DNA of 64,000 nucleotides from an uncultured Flavobacteriaceae bacterium. Lineage in GTDB: Bacteria > Bacteroidota > Bacteroidia > Flavobacteriales > Flavobacteriaceae. The translations under genes were made by a program, and so were the position numbers. The stretch lies in the NCBI GenBank assembly GCA_964390865.1, contig CAYMKR010000002.1, forward strand, positions 840 to 64,839. The letters are read 5' to 3'. Below, piece after piece: positions 61,563 through 64,000 of this stretch. Each line of letters opens with the position of its first letter. Position 1 is the stretch's first letter. Below the pieces are notes generated by a model that was not told the DNA's origin, made no database searches, and worked only from the letters and a program-made list of their open reading frames with translations.

Positions 61563-62672
61563 TTATTTTTTCCAGTTATCAATTCTAACTTTTTTACCTG
61601 TGGCTACACTTTTTCTGGCAGCATCTAATATTCTAACTACCTTTAGATTATTATCCAATCCTGATAGGTCGTTTTTATCAAGAACAATAGTACCCTGAAC
61701 AACAGCTTTAAAAAAGTCAAAAGCATTGTTATTCGGTTTTGCTCTATCTTCTAACTTTAGTTGTAACTCGGGTTTTTGTCGTTCTAATTTATAACTAACA
61801 TCGGCATGATTATGAGCAATTACATAACCTGTTTCTCCATAAACTTCAATATCTTTTCTGCTGTAAGGCCAATTCCAAGAGGGTTGCAAGACACCCGTCA
61901 TATCTTCATATTCTAATAAAATAGTGGCATCATCATCAACTTTAGAATAAATGTCTGGCTTAAAACTACTTGCAGTTGCATAAACAAAGGTTGGCATTTC
62001 GCCTTCTTTTAACCAGGTAATCAAGTTGGCTCCATAGCATCCAAAATCAGTAATGGCACCTCCTCCATTTTTATCAGGATCTGTCAACCATTCTAAAAAC
62101 TCATCACTCACCTTTATTTCTTTAGGACCCGCATGGCCATCGTTCACAATAATTCTTCTTGGTCTCCCTATTTTCTTTTCTGTATTTAATAGTTGATTCA
62201 CAAACTGATGAGAAGGATACCATGTAGTTTCGTAATTGGTAATCAGGTGTATCTGATACTTTCTTGCCAAACCAGCCATTTCTTCAGCGTGCTTATAGTT
62301 TATAGCTAACGGTTTTTCAACCATTACATGAATACCCTTTGGAGCACATTGTTTTACGGTGTTTAAATGTTCGTATGTAGCATTAAAAGCAGCCACCGCT
62401 TCTGGCTTCGTTTTATCGAGCATCTCCTCTAAACTAGGGTATACAATATCCATCGAAAAACCAAATTGCTTAGATAAACGTTCAGCTAAGGCTCGGTTAG
62501 GCTCGGCGATACCCACTAAATCGAAGGTTGTTGTATCATTATGCTTAAACACCCAAACTACATGACCGTGCGATAGGCCGTCTACGCCTAATTTTAGTTT
62601 TTTAGTTTGGGAAATCATGTTGACACTCAGTGTCAAACATATGATTAAAATAATCGTTTTTTTTAGCTCCAT
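61563..62672 (-). CDS. Gfo/Idh/MocA family oxidoreductase, Sec signal peptide
   Basis: GLSHGHV, VMVEKPLA, NYETTWY and GGGAITDFGCYG motifs. Confidence 0.9.
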   Translation of the reverse strand: MELKKTIILIICLTLSVNMISQTKKLKLGVDGLSHGHVVWVFKHNDTTTFDLVGIAEPNRALAERLSKQFGFSMDIVYPSLEEMLDKTKPEAVAAFNATYEHLNTVKQCAPKGIHVMVEKPLAINYKHAEEMAGLARKYQIHLITNYETTWYPSHQFVNQLLNTEKKIGRPRRIIVNDGHAGPKEIKVSDEFLEWLTDPDKNGGGAITDFGCYGANLITWLKEGEMPTFVYATASSFKPDIYSKVDDDATILLEYEDMTGVLQPSWNWPYSRKDIEVYGETGYVIAHNHADVSYKLERQKPELQLKLEDRAKPNNNAFDFFKAVVQGTIVLDKNDLSGLDNNLKVVRILDAARKSVATGKKVRIDNWKK

Positions 62673-62732
62673 TGTAAATATAAAATCAGTTATAAAAATA
62701 GGTTACTTATAGATCTACCAAGATATAAAAAT

Positions 62733-64000
62733 TCACTTTATGGCATGAATATAACCATCAGAAGACATCACATAAGCCTTTCCTTTATATAAAGCCGTGC
62801 ATGACTCTTCTACCTTATTACCCATCTGGTACATCCACTTGACCGTTGTTGTGCCGTCGCCATTTCCATCACTATCAACACAATAAAAATAAGGATCGGC
62901 AATACTAGGGAAGTACACATTTCCTTCGCCTCCAATAACTGGGCTACTTAAACCTGCTCCCAACTGAGTCCAAATCAACTCGCCCGTTACGGCATCAATA
63001 CAATATACCACTGCCTCTACACAAATCCCACCCAAGCCAAGGCCATGCCAGCAAGATAAATATACTTTTCCATCATGAATAGCAGGAGTAATATTAAAAA
63101 TATTTTTTTCGTCAACAAACTCCCAGATGAGTTCACCTGTTTCTAGATCAATACACTTATTCTTTACATAAATTCTACCATCTTTAATTATCGCAACACC
63201 CGAGTCAGTTCCAGCACCATTATATTTCCATAGTAATTCACCCGTCTTTTTATCAAAAGCCTTCAGATAATTATCCCAACTTCCAAAAATAACCGTATTT
63301 CCTTCTACCGCTGGCTCACTACATACCGATAATGAAAATGGTTTTTTCCAAATCATAGCACCGGTATTCGCATCCAATGCCCAAGCATACCCATCGATCC
63401 CTGGAATGTAGACCATTCCATCTGAACAGGTTGCAGAGCCCCACACCCAGTCAACATTTTGTTTCCAGATAAGTTTTCCAGTTTTAGCATCGATACAATA
63501 GAAATCGTCTTCGCCTCCTTGTTGCCCAACATAGATCTTTCCTTCGTAATAAGTAGGTGCTCCTGAAATGGAAGCTCCCAGTTCAAACTTCCATAATTCT
63601 TTTCCCGTTTGAGCGTCTACAGCATATACAAACCGGCAAGGTGATCCAAAGAAAACCATATTATCTGCAGCTGTAGGCTTAGATTGGTAATATGCCCCTC
63701 CAGCTATTTGATCGCTTAAAATTCTGTTTCCGTCCTTTTCAAAACTTTTAATAGTACTTCGTTTCCAGACTTCTTCTCCTTTTAAATTGACACAATGCGT
63801 ATATAAATCTGAATCGTTTATCACAATTTTATCGCCCTGTAAAGATAAATCAGCCAAGATAGGATGCTCACTTAAATGCTTATGAAAGAGTTCTTTTTGT
63901 TGATTTCCTTTTTTAAGTTGCACACCATAAACTGACCCTTTCATGGTCGCAAAGAAATACGTATCTCCCGTAAAAACAGGTGAAGCACGAATCCAATCGT
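62733..64000 (-). CDS. Third PQQ-like beta-propeller repeat protein (5' end outside the window)
   Basis: The frame stays open past 63944 (DWIRASPVFTGDTYFFATM). QIAGGAYYQSKPTAAD and DGYIHAI match the 909-aa paralog. Confidence 0.88.
   Translation of the reverse strand, partial: DWIRASPVFTGDTYFFATMKGSVYGVQLKKGNQQKELFHKHLSEHPILADLSLQGDKIVINDSDLYTHCVNLKGEEVWKRSTIKSFEKDGNRILSDQIAGGAYYQSKPTAADNMVFFGSPCRFVYAVDAQTGKELWKFELGASISGAPTYYEGKIYVGQQGGEDDFYCIDAKTGKLIWKQNVDWVWGSATCSDGMVYIPGIDGYAWALDANTGAMIWKKPFSLSVCSEPAVEGNTVIFGSWDNYLKAFDKKTGELLWKYNGAGTDSGVAIIKDGRIYVKNKCIDLETGELIWEFVDEKNIFNITPAIHDGKVYLSCWHGLGLGGICVEAVVYCIDAVTGELIWTQLGAGLSSPVIGGEGNVYFPSIADPYFYCVDSDGNGDGTTTVKWMYQMGNKVEESCTALYKGKAYVMSSDGYIHAIK

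Noticed and set aside
761-63586. Numerous 60-147 aa ORFs overlapping long genes (e.g. 19561-20004, 49607-50041, 52633-53010)
   Set aside because: Antisense or off-frame shadows of well-supported CDSs with no recognisable motifs.
1-64000. CRISPR arrays, tRNA/rRNA genes, transposases, prophage or defence genes
   Set aside because: None seen. The window is almost fully tiled by metabolic CDSs and shows no spaced direct-repeat array.

Overview
AT-rich Bacteroidota DNA, probably a marine Flavobacteriaceae member (inferred from T9SS C-terminal domains, TAnnTTTG -7 promoter boxes and Cys-type sulfatases). Almost the whole window is a glycan-utilisation region. It encodes 8 formylglycine-dependent sulfatases, GH92, GH2, two GH71/99-like proteins, a GH88, an unclassified six-hairpin glycosidase, a beta-helix protein, phosphoesterases, an MFS/ROK sugar uptake pair and a Gfo/Idh/MocA-DUF1080 redox module. 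No SusC/SusD pair is visible. Every long gene between 10167 and 60327 lies on the minus strand. The most unusual items are four. (1) A LacI-linked cytoplasmic CoA-transferase + enoyl-CoA hydratase + GH88 trio, which suggests CoA-dependent, lyase-independent uronide cleavage. (2) A ~1570-aa T9SS-secreted protein with a class I cytochrome c (CASCH) domain. (3) Three paralogous large PQQ-like beta-propeller proteins, two of them interleaved with sulfatases. (4) One promoter architecture (three ATTA(A/T) boxes at 11-bp period, 14 bp upstream of ATTTG) repeated in front of four transcription units. Small gene remnants missed by the ORF track, a LacI-type operator and an attC-like hairpin were also found. 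All functional calls come from motif recognition by eye; no database searches were run.
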